This document shows, piece after piece, positions 50,050 through 59,226 of a stretch of 64,000 nt of DNA. The DNA is taken from the IMG/VR virus record IMGVR_UViG_3300003314_000001, positions 1 through 64,000 of that record; one strand, written 5' to 3'. Position 1 is the first letter of the stretch; each line of letters begins with the position of its first letter. Position numbers and translations under genes: made by a program. The DNA comes from a virus. The notes under the pieces were generated by a model. That model did no database searches and was not told the origin of the DNA. It worked only from the letters and a program-made list of their open reading frames with translations.

Positions 50050-51510
50050 ATGAGTAATGACGTAAGGCAGAGCATATATGAGCGAGTCCGGAATGGGGAC
50101 GTTGACGGTGTTGACGCCTCCAATTTCGCCCTTGACAGTCCAAAAGCTGTCATTAAAGAGGGTAATTCCGGTAGTGGCGTTGGTGGAAGCCGCGCTACAG
50201 AAGCTCCAGAGAACGAAATCGAAGACTTCCGGGAGATTGCTGACACGGACCCTCACGTCAACGAAGCTATTGATACGCTCGTTGACTTTCTCGTCGGAAG
50301 TGGTTTCAATGTTCAGCCTGCTAATATTCCCGGAACGGACGAAGGTCAGACACCTGAAGATATAGCGGAACTGAAGAAACTTATTGAAACTTCTACTTTC
50401 CAGACAGTGCTTCAGGAATGGGTCTGGCACGCTCTTGTTGACGGAACAGCCTTCCTTGAAATCGTTGTGGAAGATGATGTGTTTAAGCCGAAGGTTCTTC
50501 CAACGGAGCGCATGAAGATTCAGACTGACGATAAAGGAACTGTCCAAAAGTGGATTCTGGAACCTCCGGGCGGCGGAGGTCAAGATAGTGACATTAAGTT
50601 CAATCCGTCCGACCTTGCGATTCTAAGATTCCATAAACATCCGGGTGAAGACTTCGGACACAGTGTTCTGGAATCCTGTCACGAGCAAGCTGACATGCTT
50701 CGAGACATGGAGATTGACCTTGCTCGTTTCATCGCTACTAAGGCTTACCCGCCAATTCTGTGGAAGCTTGGAAGCGAGGAACGGCCTTGGACGCAGGACC
50801 AGATTGACGGATGGTTAGAGGAACTGGAAGAAATCGACCCGGAGAGTCAACTTGCGGTCGGTCACGACGTTGAACACGAAGTGGTAGGTGTTACGGACAC
50901 TTCCACTTCTTCTGGAGCTATGGAACTTGATTCCACTTTCAAACATCTTCAGCGTCGTATTGCCGCTGGAATTGGTGTTCCGGACTTCTTCCTGAATATG
51001 GGTGTTGACGTTTCGTCTGGAACTGCTCAAGTGGAAATGCCGAAGTTCGACCGCCGAATTCAGCGTTATCGGAGTATTATTAAGCAGGCTATCCGACACC
51101 AAATCTTCGTTTCGATTCTTGCAGGTGACGGAGACCCCGCTGACTATAATGAGGTTCCTCCGGACTTTGAATTCGGAACGCATAGTTCCGAGGAAGAACG
51201 TCTGGAAGCTGACAAGGCGATTAGTCTACTTAACAATGGCCTTATCAGTCCGGAAGCCGCCGCACGTAAGCTTGATATAGACCCGGAAACGGAGCTTCCC
51301 GACATTTGGAAGAATGGAAATCTTATTGAGGTTCTACAGAAGCTCGCTGGAAACGGCGATAATATTCAGAACCCTAATGGTGGTAGTCCGACTGATACGG
51401 GAACTGGAACGGATTCTGCTGGTGGCGAGGCTACAACTCGGGAGAAGCCCGCTACCGGAGACAATTCCGGCGATGATTCCCGGAATGGAAAAGGAGCAAG
51501 CGAAACGTGA
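50050..51510 (+). CDS. Portal protein
   Basis: 486 aa. Canonical position between the terminase and the prohead protease. Confidence 0.8.
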   Translation: MSNDVRQSIYERVRNGDVDGVDASNFALDSPKAVIKEGNSGSGVGGSRATEAPENEIEDFREIADTDPHVNEAIDTLVDFLVGSGFNVQPANIPGTDEGQTPEDIAELKKLIETSTFQTVLQEWVWHALVDGTAFLEIVVEDDVFKPKVLPTERMKIQTDDKGTVQKWILEPPGGGGQDSDIKFNPSDLAILRFHKHPGEDFGHSVLESCHEQADMLRDMEIDLARFIATKAYPPILWKLGSEERPWTQDQIDGWLEELEEIDPESQLAVGHDVEHEVVGVTDTSTSSGAMELDSTFKHLQRRIAAGIGVPDFFLNMGVDVSSGTAQVEMPKFDRRIQRYRSIIKQAIRHQIFVSILAGDGDPADYNEVPPDFEFGTHSSEEERLEADKAISLLNNGLISPEAAARKLDIDPETELPDIWKNGNLIEVLQKLAGNGDNIQNPNGGSPTDTGTGTDSAGGEATTREKPATGDNSGDDSRNGKGASET

Positions 51511-51516
51511 TGTAGT

Positions 51517-51777
51517 ATGGACGAAGACGAGAAGGAAGAAATTTTGCATCGACTTGACGAGAAGACGGATAGTCTACATGAAAACCAAAAGGAAATTCGG
51601 GACGACGTTCGTACCAATCGGGAAGTCTACAACGACCGTCTGAACAAGACGGATAATAGATTGGACAAGGTAGATGATACAGCCACCAGTAATAAGGTTA
51701 GGATTGCTGGTCTTGCTTTCGGTATCACCCTACTTCTTTCAATTGCAGTAAGAAATATGGGATGGATACCAGTATGA
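51517..51777 (+). CDS. Small protein with C-terminal TM helix
   Basis: 86 aa ending in IAGLAFGITLLLSIAV. Confidence 0.5.
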   Translation: MDEDEKEEILHRLDEKTDSLHENQKEIRDDVRTNREVYNDRLNKTDNRLDKVDDTATSNKVRIAGLAFGITLLLSIAVRNMGWIPV

Positions 51778-52442
51778 CAGAACAAGATGATTTGGACGTT
51801 GCAGGATTCAACGTTGAATTCCAGCGTCCGGAACAAGACTTGCTGGACGACGGCTTTAACGAGTACGGTGTCCGGGAGAATTATGACGGTGATGAACTGG
51901 AATCTATAGACGTTATCTATAACGCTATGGAACCCGGTATCCGTAAGGGAGTCGAAATCACACCAGAATTCCTCCGGACTGTCGAGGGCAACACACCCGA
52001 TAACGTTCCGATTCAGTACGACCACTCTCATTCCCAACGGATGAACGTGGGATACTTGAAGAAGATTAAGTATTCGGATAGTGCTGGAATGCTACGTAAG
52101 ATGTTCAATATTCCGAATACTGGTAGTCAGATTCGGGAGGACACTATTGCGGACTTTACGCATTCCACCGGACCGCAGATTAAGGACGGTAGCGTTGGGT
52201 TTGACCCTCGTTCTCTGGAATTCTCGGAACCAAACTCGGATGAAGCGAAGGCACAGTTCACGGACGGTAAGATTATTGAGTTTAGTCTTACTCCGTTCCC
52301 CGCTGGCTATGATAATGGTGGAATTACACCAAAATTCAGTCAGGCGGTTGAATCGTTTGCGGATAAAATGGAAGAACAGTCTGACGGTGGCAGTCAGATT
52401 GTGGAAGCGGAAAGCCAACTACAATACAGTCAACTAAAGTGA
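51762..52442 (+). CDS. Prohead (HK97-type) maturation protease
   Basis: 226 aa. IQYDHSH and EFSLTPFPAGYDNG resemble the HK97 protease His and E-x-S-x-x-x-x-PA motifs. Position after portal. Confidence 0.7.
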   Translation: MDTSMTEQDDLDVAGFNVEFQRPEQDLLDDGFNEYGVRENYDGDELESIDVIYNAMEPGIRKGVEITPEFLRTVEGNTPDNVPIQYDHSHSQRMNVGYLKKIKYSDSAGMLRKMFNIPNTGSQIREDTIADFTHSTGPQIKDGSVGFDPRSLEFSEPNSDEAKAQFTDGKIIEFSLTPFPAGYDNGGITPKFSQAVESFADKMEEQSDGGSQIVEAESQLQYSQLK

Positions 52443-52448
52443 TTCAAA

Positions 52449-52910
52449 ATGGATGCACTCGAATTCGGTAAGGAAATCGGCGACATGGAAGGAGCAGAAG
52501 CACGGGCTACTCTTCGAGATGTTCAGTCTCGCTACAGTAAGGCCCGACAGGAACATCAGGAAACTAAGGAAACCCTCTCGGAATACAAGGACAAGCTGGA
52601 AGTCGCCGAGGATGAAGCGGACGAAGCGCGGGAATTCTTCGCGTCGTTCGCGTCGGACGCTTCCGGACTGTCGAAGGACACTATTCTGGACAAGTTCGAT
52701 AGCGCGGACGAAATCCGTGAGGAATTCCTCGGCGACGAAGCGGAATTCAAGCTTGTTTCGGACGAGCAGGAAACGGAGACCGAGGATGAAGACGAATCTA
52801 CGTTCGCCGATAAGGAAGAGAAGTCGGACAATCTTCCCGGCGACGGTGGCTCTTCGGAATTCGGTGACGCCTCGCAGGTCATTAGCGGAATGACTGTGAG
52901 CCACGAGTAA
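52449..52910 (+). CDS. Putative scaffolding protein
   Basis: 153 aa, Glu/Asp-rich helical, between protease and capsid genes. Confidence 0.5.
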   Translation: MDALEFGKEIGDMEGAEARATLRDVQSRYSKARQEHQETKETLSEYKDKLEVAEDEADEAREFFASFASDASGLSKDTILDKFDSADEIREEFLGDEAEFKLVSDEQETETEDEDESTFADKEEKSDNLPGDGGSSEFGDASQVISGMTVSHE

Positions 52911-52944
52911 ACATTGCAGTAACTAACAAGGAGATTCTATAATA

Positions 52945-53424
52945 ATGGTTAATTTCGATATTGCGAACCCCAAGGACGACAACAACCGCTACGCTGGCGC
53001 GGCGGTCGAGGAACTGGACCAAGGCGACCTCGGTACGGTTAACGCGAACGGAGAGATTGTTCAAGCTGACGCCGCTGACGGCATTCAGGGACAGGCTATG
53101 GGTGTCGTTCTCACTCCTGTCCGTGACCCTTCGCATTCCCGTTACGGAGACCTTCAGTACGTCAAGAATCAGCTCAAGGAGAACCAGAACGTTCTCGTCG
53201 GCGAGGGCGACCGCGCTCTTCTCATCAAGGACGACCTTCTACTGGAAGACCTTGACGAAGCGGACTCGCTCACTCCCGGTAAGCCAGTCTATCTTGCCGA
53301 AGGTGGCGGCGTGACGCAGACCGCTCCGTCTACTTCCGGTTCGGTTGTCCAGATTGTTGGTGTCGCTCAGGACCCCAACTCGTTCCTGCTTGACGTTACT
53401 GTCGTGGACAGTACGAACGCATAG
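52945..53424 (+). CDS. Putative head decoration protein (DUF2190-like)
   Basis: 159 aa just before the capsid gene. Gly/Val-rich beta-type sequence. By-eye call. Confidence 0.45.
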   Translation: MVNFDIANPKDDNNRYAGAAVEELDQGDLGTVNANGEIVQADAADGIQGQAMGVVLTPVRDPSHSRYGDLQYVKNQLKENQNVLVGEGDRALLIKDDLLLEDLDEADSLTPGKPVYLAEGGGVTQTAPSTSGSVVQIVGVAQDPNSFLLDVTVVDSTNA

Positions 53425-53465
53425 ACTACTAACTAGCACTTTACAACAATAATTATTGATACACT

Positions 53466-54407
53466 ATGGCACGAAATACACGCATTCTTACGGCTGACGG
53501 CGTTCCGCTTGAGCGCCTGATGGAATACGGTGAAGACCTGACCGACGAATTCGAGGCTAACGCTGACCGGATGTTCCAGTCGCTACTTGGAACGGAAGTC
53601 AATCAGCGCGTCTTCCAGAAGCGCATTGGAGAAATCAATTGGCGGAAGGCCGCCGAGGGCGAGAAGCCCCGCACCGGAACTCTCGACAGTACCAGCATGG
53701 CGTTCACGATTGACGAATTCAATGCTGGTCTCGGTTGGGACCGGAACTACATTGAGGATAACCCCGGTTCGGTTCTCCGAGAGGAAATGGACGAACTGAT
53801 GAAGGGCGCGGACGAACGCATTTTCGAGGAAACCTTCACCGTCATGAAGAACGGTATCGCTGACGGTACGGAACTGGAATGGGCTACTCCCCCGTCGCCC
53901 GGTACTCGGGACTTCGCCGCTGACCACAACCACGTCTTCGATACTACCGGAGACCTCTTCGATGATTCCAACGCTCACAGCGTCCGGGAACACATTGCGA
54001 AAGCGGGCGTGGAACTTCAGCACCACAAGTATTCCGCTCGCGTTGCGTTCGTTAGTCCGGACCTTGCATGGAAGCTCCTTCAGGAAGACAGCAACAACCT
54101 GAATTTCCAGATTCGGGAAGCGCGCTCGCTCCTGAACACTCCGCTTCCGAACCTCGAATTCGACGTGAACGGTACTCGCGTCGTTCAGACGGCGGAACTG
54201 TCCGGTGACACGTTCTACGTCTTTGACGACACTCTCAATCCGCTCAAGTACAATTGGGTCCGTCCTGTTGAAGTTGTGCAGGGTGAGAGTCAAGCTCCCG
54301 TCAACGACCCGACCGAACTTATCGGGGCGCACGGTTCGGCGCGCTTCGGTATCAAGATGGTCAATCCGTGGGCGGGCGTCAAGGTCACTGCTACCAACAT
54401 CGCCTAA
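53466..54407 (+). CDS. Major capsid protein (HK97 fold)
   Basis: 313 aa. Canonical position after protease, scaffold and decoration genes. Confidence 0.8.
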   Translation: MARNTRILTADGVPLERLMEYGEDLTDEFEANADRMFQSLLGTEVNQRVFQKRIGEINWRKAAEGEKPRTGTLDSTSMAFTIDEFNAGLGWDRNYIEDNPGSVLREEMDELMKGADERIFEETFTVMKNGIADGTELEWATPPSPGTRDFAADHNHVFDTTGDLFDDSNAHSVREHIAKAGVELQHHKYSARVAFVSPDLAWKLLQEDSNNLNFQIREARSLLNTPLPNLEFDVNGTRVVQTAELSGDTFYVFDDTLNPLKYNWVRPVEVVQGESQAPVNDPTELIGAHGSARFGIKMVNPWAGVKVTATNIA

Positions 54408-54436
54408 TATTGGCGATAACTTTTTAGTACAGTCGT

Positions 54437-54793
54437 ATGGCTCATAAAGAAATTACTCCAAGTGACGTTCGGAAGGACGTGGCAAAGAACCGGAGCGGAA
54501 ACATTGGAAACGGAAACTCTCGGCGCGGTGGAAACCGAAAGCTACCTAACCTACGTGGACATGGCAGGTTCACGGACGAGGAATTACGGAAAGAAATAAA
54601 CCGGAACAGTCGGGAAGTGGGCGACCATACAGCAACCGAAATTATTCGGTATTACACTTATCTTCGTGTTTCTCTAATGTTAGAAGGTAAGAATCCTCCT
54701 TCCTCCATAAGCCACGCCCGAAGGTATGGATACGAACAACAACAGCATAAATTTTGGCGCGACCGAATGATTCGCGCACTTGATAAATCATGA
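54437..54793 (+). CDS. Hypothetical basic protein, head-tail module
   Basis: 118-aa ORF. Contains the 19-mer CAGTCGGGAAGTGGGCGAC. Confidence 0.5.
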   Translation: MAHKEITPSDVRKDVAKNRSGNIGNGNSRRGGNRKLPNLRGHGRFTDEELRKEINRNSREVGDHTATEIIRYYTYLRVSLMLEGKNPPSSISHARRYGYEQQQHKFWRDRMIRALDKS

Positions 54794-55161
54794 CAGTAGA
54801 AACCCGTGTCCGGACTCTTACGGACTACGACACAGAAATTATTTCGTCTTCAGACATGGATACTCTTATCGAGTTGTCCAAGGACGAAATTAAGGAAGAC
54901 ACCGGAATGGACGAAATTGACTTTTCTTCCGGAGCGGGAAAATCCGCCTTGATGTGGCTTACCTGTATTTTCAGTAAGATTCACGTTGGCGAGATTGGGG
55001 CGGAAGGATACCAAATTGGTGAAATTGAAACGAAAGACTTGAACGACCAAGCGAAAGTTTGGTTCGGACAGTATCGTTCTCGTCGCTCCGACGTTATTGG
55101 AACAAAAACCATTGGACACGCTAAACCGTCACGGTCTGGAAGGTCCTACGGTGATGAATAA
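54790..55161 (+). CDS. Head-tail connector module protein
   Basis: 123 aa with ATGA overlap. Function from position only. Confidence 0.5.
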   Translation: MTVETRVRTLTDYDTEIISSSDMDTLIELSKDEIKEDTGMDEIDFSSGAGKSALMWLTCIFSKIHVGEIGAEGYQIGEIETKDLNDQAKVWFGQYRSRRSDVIGTKTIGHAKPSRSGRSYGDE

Positions 55162-55520
55162 TGAAGCGACATAGGAAACACGTTAAGGTTAATATTAAAC
55201 GTGCCGGTAACAAGGCTGAAATTCTTCGTGCTTCCGGTGGAACAGAGAACGGCTACGGGAAAGTAACTGATTCCAGTTCTTCTTGGGGTCCAGTGGAAAC
55301 GACGTATGCCGTTCCGTCTTTTGATTCTGGTGATACGTTCCAAGAGCAGACTGTTACTGGAGGTACTCAAGATATTAATACTCCTGTTTTCCGATTTCCC
55401 TACGATTCAGTAGTTCAAAGCGAAGACCGAATCATATATGAGGGAATAGAGTACGAAGCTAAATCAGTTGCTCCATATAGCACTCACAAGGTTGCTCAAG
55501 TGGTGTCCGTTGATGGCTAA
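55161..55520 (+). CDS. Head-closure/adaptor-like protein
   Basis: 119 aa. Function from position only. Confidence 0.5.
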   Translation: MKRHRKHVKVNIKRAGNKAEILRASGGTENGYGKVTDSSSSWGPVETTYAVPSFDSGDTFQEQTVTGGTQDINTPVFRFPYDSVVQSEDRIIYEGIEYEAKSVAPYSTHKVAQVVSVDG

Positions 55521-56109
55521 TGGTAACATCACGATTGACGTAGAAGTCGATTCTGACGCTATTGTGGGCCGCATACGTGAAGCTTTCGAGGATGGAATAG
55601 ATGAAGCGGCGGAAGACCTTGGAGAAGACGGAACGGAGAAAGCCCGTCTTAAAATCGTTGAGGAAGGAGCAGTCTGGAAAGGAGAACTGCTCGCTTCTTT
55701 CAATACGAAGATAACAGACCAAGGTGGAACAACAATTGTTCAAATCGAGAACAATGCCGAGTACGCTAAAGCAGTAGATGAAGGTGTAGATTATTACGAG
55801 AACGCTCCACCAATTCATCGTCTTCTTCCGTGGGTGGAGGAACATCTTGGACACTGGACTCCTTCCGACTACGAGTATGCGAAGGAGGTAGCGGCCTACT
55901 TTAAGAAGAATAGTAACCGGGCAATAGACGAATACATGGATTTGGACGTGTGGAGGGCGTATGAGCTTCAGAAAGAGTTGAAGGTTCACGGTCTTGACGC
56001 GGTAGAATTCATGGATTTCGCGGAGGAATGGCTTGAACATCATGGTAGTTTCGTTGTCCGGAATAATATTTTAAAAGAACTACGGAAGAATGGTATAGAT
56101 GCAAGATAA
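55513..56109 (+). CDS. HK97 gp10-like tail-attachment protein
   Basis: ATG (MANGNITIDV...). Size and position fit the gp10-like family. By-eye call. Confidence 0.5.
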   Translation: MANGNITIDVEVDSDAIVGRIREAFEDGIDEAAEDLGEDGTEKARLKIVEEGAVWKGELLASFNTKITDQGGTTIVQIENNAEYAKAVDEGVDYYENAPPIHRLLPWVEEHLGHWTPSDYEYAKEVAAYFKKNSNRAIDEYMDLDVWRAYELQKELKVHGLDAVEFMDFAEEWLEHHGSFVVRNNILKELRKNGIDAR

Positions 56110-56635
56110 GGAATTAGTACAGTTGGTCGTTAGTGAAGCTGATTCCGCTACTGATTCCAGCGTCACGGTCAGAACGGACGGAGGCAGTCGGGAAGTGGGC
56201 GACGACCTGCCTCTCGTTGCATTGAATTGGAGTTCTTTCCGTGCGACAGACGACGAGTCTCATTCCAATTTCGATAAGCGTATTTTTGACGATTCCGGGA
56301 ACGAAATCGGAACGCGATATGTTTTTAAATATAATATGGAATTAGACTTTACGGTAAAGTCTGATGATGAAATGAAACGTGACGAAATTGGAGAAGCCCT
56401 ACAGCTACATTTCGCAATGTATGAAGGGAATACGGAAGCTCTCCATTCAGATACCTACATGGTGAAAACCGGCGATATTCGCCCCCGGAAAATTCCGATA
56501 AAGGAACCGGACTGGTATCAGAACGGACTGATTGTCAATATTCGGTATAATAAGTACGTATCCGATACTGGCAGTCTGGAAACTATCAAATCGGTTGATA
56601 AAACCATAAACGTACAAGAGGAACTTAACATATGA
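56099..56635 (+). CDS. Tail completion/terminator-like protein
   Basis: 178 aa directly upstream of the sheath gene. Contains the 19-mer CAGTCGGGAAGTGGGCGAC. Confidence 0.5.
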   Translation: MQDKELVQLVVSEADSATDSSVTVRTDGGSREVGDDLPLVALNWSSFRATDDESHSNFDKRIFDDSGNEIGTRYVFKYNMELDFTVKSDDEMKRDEIGEALQLHFAMYEGNTEALHSDTYMVKTGDIRPRKIPIKEPDWYQNGLIVNIRYNKYVSDTGSLETIKSVDKTINVQEELNI

Positions 56636-57927
56636 CACAGATTGGTGAAATTGGACTTCCCGGCGTGCAGGCTAACATTGACTCCGACCGCTCCTTCTCG
56701 ATTGCTGATGGAGCGCCGGATGACGTTGGCCTTGTCGGAGAAGCCGACCTTTCGAATGGTACAGCAGAAGCAAATACCGTCTACGAAATCAATACTCAAG
56801 GCGAAGCAAAGGAACGTTTCGGTGCGCGTTCTGACAGTCAACTTACGAAGAACGTTCAGGACGCACTTCAGGTTGGAGCGTATCCCGTCTATGCGTGCGC
56901 TACAGAGGAGAAGACGGCTACGGACGACCTTCAAGACCTTTCCGGTACTTCTGGAAATCTTGATAATTCACCGATTAAACCTGATGCTTCCACTGTTACG
57001 TTCAAGATTGACGGAACTTCCAAGTCTACCGTCTTTACTCTGGACGACCCTTCCACTAAGTCGCCCGGAACGGACGAAGTGTACATTAACCACGTCAATG
57101 GAAAGTACGAGGTTGACGCGGCTCCATCTGACGGAACAGATAACGATACCGCCGAGTACACCCACTTCGATTACACTTCGGCGATTCAGGCTATGGGAGA
57201 CCAAGAGGGCGAAACTATCGACATTCTCGCGTCCGTCACGGAGGAAACTTCTTCCGTCGAGGCGCTAAAGGACGAAGTTCTCCGACTAGAGGATAACTTC
57301 AACCTTGCTCTCGGTCTTGCCGGTGCCGGGTTGAATATTGTTACGGCGGACTACAGCAATCCGTTCGACACCAGTCGGATGCAACTTCTGTACCCGACCC
57401 GTACTGATTCCGGTGATAGCATTATCGGTGCTTACGCTGGTCTTCGTGCAACTCTCGGAATCAGCGAATCCACAATGCGGAAGCGCATTCGATTCTTGGA
57501 TTCCGTCCGGAAGACGCTCACCGAGTCGGACAAGAAAAACATGGACGCCGAGAACGTCGTTCCGGTGGAGAACCGGAGTCCCGGTGTCAGGTTCCGGTCC
57601 GACCCGACGTGTGTTTCAGACGAAAATACGGACGAGCAGAACATGCGTGATGGGCTTTCCCGACTTATCGTGGACGCCATTACAATGGTTGTTCACGAAG
57701 TGTCGGAAGACTTCATCGGGAAGCTCCACTCCGAAGACAACCGGAATGCAATGCGCGCCATTATCAGTAAGCGTCTTTCCGAACTTGTGGAACGGAACGC
57801 TGTTGAGGCGTACACGATTTCCGTTACGGAGCAGGACGCCTACACTGCTGACGTGAACGTTGGAGTGGAGACTGTCAAGCCCCTCCGGAACGTCATTGCG
57901 AACGTTACCGCCGGAGAGGTCGAATAA
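56632..57927 (+). CDS. Contractile tail sheath protein
   Basis: 431 aa followed by the tube, chaperone and tape-measure order typical of myoviruses. Confidence 0.75.
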   Translation: MTQIGEIGLPGVQANIDSDRSFSIADGAPDDVGLVGEADLSNGTAEANTVYEINTQGEAKERFGARSDSQLTKNVQDALQVGAYPVYACATEEKTATDDLQDLSGTSGNLDNSPIKPDASTVTFKIDGTSKSTVFTLDDPSTKSPGTDEVYINHVNGKYEVDAAPSDGTDNDTAEYTHFDYTSAIQAMGDQEGETIDILASVTEETSSVEALKDEVLRLEDNFNLALGLAGAGLNIVTADYSNPFDTSRMQLLYPTRTDSGDSIIGAYAGLRATLGISESTMRKRIRFLDSVRKTLTESDKKNMDAENVVPVENRSPGVRFRSDPTCVSDENTDEQNMRDGLSRLIVDAITMVVHEVSEDFIGKLHSEDNRNAMRAIISKRLSELVERNAVEAYTISVTEQDAYTADVNVGVETVKPLRNVIANVTAGEVE

Positions 57928-57943
57928 ATTCTGGTGATTTAGA

Positions 57944-58360
57944 ATGACAAACGAGGAAAACGCGGCTGACATTAAGATTAGCGCGAACGGTGTCACTATC
58001 ACTGTTGACCAGCTTCAGGTCAACGAGGAAGTGGACATTCAGAAGCGATACGGTTCCGGGTACAATCATCCGTCCGGTCGTTCTATGGGTCACATTGACG
58101 TGACTGGAAGCTTCACTATTAAGGGTATCGGAACGGACGCATTGAATTCTGTCTTCTATGGAGTGTTTGGACGACCTAAAGAATTCGACGCGATTACGAT
58201 TACCCACAAGAACGGGAAGTCCACGGACATTAAGGATTGTATCGTTACTAACCGTGGCTACGAGGTCTCTGACGGCGACATGACGGAGACGAGCTACGAA
58301 TTCGACGCGATGGCTATCCGCCACCCGTTCCAAAGTGACAACATCGCGGCTGACGCATAA
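57944..58360 (+). CDS. Tail tube protein
   Basis: 138 aa immediately after the sheath gene. Confidence 0.65.
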   Translation: MTNEENAADIKISANGVTITVDQLQVNEEVDIQKRYGSGYNHPSGRSMGHIDVTGSFTIKGIGTDALNSVFYGVFGRPKEFDAITITHKNGKSTDIKDCIVTNRGYEVSDGDMTETSYEFDAMAIRHPFQSDNIAADA

Positions 58361-58400
58361 TTACTTGAACAACTAATTTTTAACTTTTGAGTGAGTTACA

Positions 58401-58904
58401 ATGACTGAACAAGAACAAGACGAAGATTTCGATACGGAAAAGGACGAATGGGACATTTTCGAGCTAATGAAGCTTGGAAGCGAGTACCGGAAAGATTACA
58501 CTCTTACGGTTTTCGGACAGGATACGTCCGTTACGATTCGTCCGTTGATTGACGAGGAATCCATTCCGTATTCCGTCCAGCTTCAGAAGAAGTTCGGCGT
58601 GGATTCCAAGGATGAAGCCTTGGAGGAAGCCGAGGAATACGTGGAGGAAGCCCGCGACGAGGATGGAATCGACATGAGTGAAATCGACTCGGACTTCATT
58701 GAAATCATGAAGGACGTGTACGACGACGGCCATTGTCCGGAGTTGACGTGGCCCGATAAGTCCGAGGAAGAGCGGGAAGAGCGCGCCGAGTTCGTCCGCG
58801 ATAATTCGATGGACGGCGCTGTTATCGACATTTCGATGGAGATTCTGGACTTGTCCGGAACTATGGAAGACGCTCTGAAATTTCCGGGCGTCCGACAAAA
58901 GTAA
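58401..58904 (+). CDS. Tail assembly chaperone
   Basis: 167 aa, acidic, between tube and tape measure. An overlapping out-of-frame ORF follows. Confidence 0.55.
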   Translation: MTEQEQDEDFDTEKDEWDIFELMKLGSEYRKDYTLTVFGQDTSVTIRPLIDEESIPYSVQLQKKFGVDSKDEALEEAEEYVEEARDEDGIDMSEIDSDFIEIMKDVYDDGHCPELTWPDKSEEEREERAEFVRDNSMDGAVIDISMEILDLSGTMEDALKFPGVRQK

Positions 58905-58983
58905 CGGAATTTGGGTTCTCTACAAGGAGGGCGAAGGCTTCGGGAACGATAACGACCAGAAGAAGCTAACTCCCCTCCAGCGG

Positions 58984-59220
58984 ATGTTCATTCAGGTGAT
59001 GAAGGAGAAGGAAGCCGAGAAGCAACAGGAAGCGCAACAGGGCGCTTCTGGTGGAGCTTCCGGCGGCGCTTCCCGACCTGCCCCGAACCCTAATTACGAA
59101 CCGGGCGGTGGCGGGAAAGGAATGGACGAAACCACTGTCTACTATAACGATTCGTATGGTCCCGGTGAGAACCCGAACGAGGGCGTTGGCGACGAAATAA
59201 GAGAAAACTTAGATACTTAA
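58984..59220 (+). CDS. Chaperone extension ORF (frame open from 58879; possible frameshift product)
   Basis: Reading frame open from 58879 to 59220 and overlapping the chaperone 3' end. The run CAAAAG lies directly before the chaperone TAA. Confidence 0.4.
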   Translation: MFIQVMKEKEAEKQQEAQQGASGGASGGASRPAPNPNYEPGGGGKGMDETTVYYNDSYGPGENPNEGVGDEIRENLDT

Positions 59221-59226
59221 ATAATT

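Noticed and set aside
53583-54332. 249-aa minus-strand ORF opposite the major capsid gene, plus similar long shadow ORFs at 48754..49572, 49870..50583, 20331..21089, 43111..43914 and 59230..59901
   Set aside because: All lie antisense to long, well-supported genes in tightly packed operons. Their composition is Arg/Ser/Val/Phe-rich and low complexity, unlike genuine proteins of this genome.
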